Assembly: GCA_010909165.1 (NCBI GenBank) | Contig: VJWM01000151.1 | Span: 434,001-498,000, forward strand | Reading direction: 5' to 3' | DNA: 64,000 bases | From: Anthoceros angustus | Taxonomy: Eukaryota; Plantae; Anthocerotophyta | Shown: positions 61,481 through 64,000 of the stretch, piece by piece | Position numbering within the stretch: position 1 is the first letter of the stretch | Layout: the number at the start of each line of letters is the position of its first letter | Notes under the pieces: model-generated | Told to the model about the DNA's origin: nothing | The model's input: the letters and a program-made list of their open reading frames with translations, nothing else | The model's database searches: none | Program-made: the position numbers and the translations under genes

Positions 61481-61590
61481 CTAGGCGATGCTAGGCGATG
61501 CTAGGCGATGCTAGGCGATGCTAGGCGATGCTAGGCGATGCTAGGTGACGCTAGGCGATGCTAGGCGATGCTAGGCCGTGCTAGGCGAGG
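61481..61590. repeat. Decamer array (ctaggcgatg)x11
   Basis: Directly visible; 8 perfect and 3 variant units. Confidence 0.97.
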
Positions 61591-61669
61591 CTACGCGAGG
61601 CGACGCTCGCTCTTTAAGCAAGTAGGCAAGGGACTCTCTGAAGTGTGCCCAAGGCTTGAGGCCTAGAGA

Positions 61670-61910
61670 GGGGACCAAGCCCAAGGCGAAGGAGAGGAGG
61701 AGAAGAAGCTCAAGCCCAAGGCCAAGGAGAGGAGGCAAAGAAGCCCAAGTCCAAGGCCAAGGAGAAGAGGCGAAGAAGCCCAAGTCCAAGGCCAAGGAGA
61801 GAAGGAGAAGAAGCCCAAGCCCAAGGCCAAGGAGAGGAGGCAAAGAAGCCCAAGCCCAAGGCCAAGGAGAGGAGGCGAAGAAGGCAAGAAGCCCCTACCA
61901 AGGAGAGGAA
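61670..61910. repeat. Purine-rich leader repeat ccaaggccaaggagaggaggc(a/g)aagaagcc
   Basis: About 6 imperfect 33-39 bp units. Confidence 0.85.
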
Positions 61911-62059
61911 TGAGGCCTCCACAAGGGGGGCTGGCCTTTTAAGGCCAACCAACCAAGGGAGAAACAAGAGTATTTTACTCTTGGGCCCCGGATTCCAAGG
62001 GATAAGGGGGAAGCGGATAGACATGGGTATGTCATCAGTCCATTTCACTTTCTGTCCAA

Positions 62060-62130
62060 AACTCCTGGTTAGCCAGCACCCCATCCAAGTACTGATCCAC
62101 CCCACGGGTGCTTAACTCTGGAGTTCCTAT
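62060..62130 (-). promoter_or_regulatory. 5S rRNA-derived internal Pol III (type 1) promoter-like sequence
   Basis: Reverse complement gaactccagAGTTAAGC-16 nt-AGTACT-tGGATGGG has the same box order and spacing as plant 5S (AGTTAAGC-16-AGTACT-AGGATGGG). The 5S 5' and 3' ends are not conserved. Confidence 0.72.
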
Positions 62131-64000
62131 GCCTTTGCTATCCAACTCACCCAGCTCACATTTTTGGATTGAGATATAGCCTGCAGAGTATTTCTATGCA
62201 ATTTTAACATGCATAGATACTTAGAGGTTTCACTAATCACGATCTAAGATAGCGGGGTGTGTTAACCTTGATTAAGGGTTTGATCTAGCCACTAACCGCC
62301 TGGAGTGCATGCTCGACACACTCGATCCGGACGGAGCTACCAACCAAGTCCATCGAGCGAATTCAAGTCCCGACCAAGAGGAGAAGTGCGAACACTCGAT
62401 TTTGGTACCACCGAAGGACGCGGAGGAACCCAGCGACACAATCAACAATCTTTGAAGGATCTGGTGGCAACACACAAGACACGTTAGTCTTCGGACAACT
62501 CGGTGAGCGGCGAGGAGGACTTGTCTCTTGGAGTCGTCAAGATGGGAGGAGACAAGGATCGAATGGAGTTGTTCACAGGACGAGCGGGCACCTTGCCACT
62601 GGAGGACTTCATCGAGAAATGCAGTGCGGTGTGTGCGGAGATGGAATTGAAGACCGGATACACGAAGCGATACGGCTTCATCCAAATGCCGAAGTACTTG
62701 GGGGATGAAGCATTGGCGTGCTATCGCGAGCACAAGGCGAGGCTGTTGAGCGGCACAGCTGGAGGACCAGTGAGTAGCAGTTCAAGCTCCGAAGGAACCA
62801 GTGCAGACGGAGCAGTGGCACCGAGTGGGCACGATCCCATCGAAGAGATGTTTGACATCTTCCGGCTGGAGTTTCCTGCAAGCACGGATGAGAAGATCTC
62901 CGAGCTGACACACTTCAAGATGAAGTCAGGCGAGACTGCGAAGATGGCTTACCGAAGAATCGACCAGTTGGTACGTGACACCAAGATCATGAGTGACCGA
63001 CTGGCTGCAGAGAAGTACTTGCAGGCATTGCCATATGCGCTGCGCATGAAGGTGCAACAAGCGGTGCAGACGAAGGGCAACACTACACCCTCAAGGAAGT
63101 GTACGAGATGGGCGACAAGATAGGGCCCGACACTTTCTCTCGTCTTTGTTGCAAGTGATTACTCCGGCAAGTAGGAGTGGTGGACGACATGACCGACGCG
63201 GAGGTCGAGTGGAGGAGCTCGGCGAGACAAGCCAGCCCACAGCCCAAGTGGCGAGCCCTGCGTGAGGTGCCGAGGACGGACCATTCCCTCATGAGTGCGA
63301 GCATGCATTCGGAGGAGTCAAGGGTGAGGAGCCATGCCCTAGGTGTGGGAGGTACGGCACAATGAAGCGGCATGTTGGGAGAAGCATCCGAATTGCGGCC
63401 TCACGGGTTATCGAGCAGCAACCCGGCCAATGCATCTGCGTCAACCTCATCCACAAAATCAGCGAAGAGCAAAGGCGCCGTGGAGGAGGCACCGGCGAAG
63501 TCCCGTGGACAAAAGAAACGGGAAGCATCAAAGAAGACGATGGCACAAAAGCTTGGATACATGGCGACCTCGGGCCAAGCATCTCGTGGAGAAGCTGGAG
63601 AAGTTGGTGCGGGCGAAGATCAAGGAGAGCAGTTCATCATCGGAGGACGAAGAAGATGAGCACAAGCTTGGATACATGGCGGTGACCCGGATCCAAGGGC
63701 AGGAAGAAACCTCTGGCGCTACGAGAGAAGATAGCTCGGAGGAAGAAGAGGATGTCTTGACACCGGTCACGGAAGACACGGAAGGAAGCTTGGGATCCTC
63801 TTCCGAACCTATGCCAAGATGCCAAAGTCGTTTGAGCCATTGCCAACAGGAGCAACTGGGAGCAACATCAAAGTCCAGTGGGCGATGTGGAGAAACCCAT
63901 GCAGATTCTTGGCGGAGGCGATGGCACAAAAGCTTCGGAGATGCCATGTTTGACCTACAAGACATGGGGTTGAGCGTGAAGGAAGTCGGGGTTTGACTCG

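Larger units (their letters stand above)
60815..64000 (+). mobile_element. Second copy of the DNMT/PHD Gypsy family: 5' LTR, leader and gag, continuing past the window end
   Basis: Starts TGTCATG at 60815. The gag ORF from 62542 (MGGDKDRMELFTG..., YLGDEAL) and the CPRCGRYGHNEAAC knuckle align with the reverse complement of 59640-60814. Confidence 0.88.

Noticed and set aside
62060-62130. Functional 5S rRNA gene
   Set aside because: Only the internal control region matches; the 5S 5' and 3' stems and T-run terminator position are not conserved.
59876-63996. Lys/Glu/Ser-rich ORFs as host genes
   Set aside because: They are the post-knuckle gag region of the two Gypsy copies.

Overview
Nuclear genomic window from a non-seed land plant. 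A hornwort is the best guess, inferred from PPR-DYW proteins ending in DRH-like tripeptides. Host genes: two intronless, signal-peptide-bearing L-gulonolactone-oxidase-like FAD oxidases ending in KEEL/KDEL; a Harbinger-transposase-derived ORF with altered catalytic residues; tRNA-Ser(AGA); three distinct PLS-class PPR-E-DYW genes of the HAE/KP-like type, plus duplicated or scrambled copies; and a 7-exon GNA1. Mobile DNA: a degraded Athila/Tat-like Ty3/Gypsy (1-7320), a CRE-like RLE non-LTR element (46580-48360) and two nested copies of a second Ty3/Gypsy family (56300-64000). The strongest finding is that this second family reads gag(CCHC)-protease-C5 cytosine methyltransferase (DNMT3-like)-RT-RNaseH-integrase-PHD finger. 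The second copy of that family carries a 5S-rRNA-type Pol III internal promoter and a 10-bp-periodic CG array upstream of gag. Several near-identical 1.5-5 kb tandem duplications differ mainly by 1-bp indels, and there is a 9-12 bp microhomology mosaic at 35935-39900. These are probably assembly or error-correction artefacts and limit confidence in copy numbers and frameshifts.
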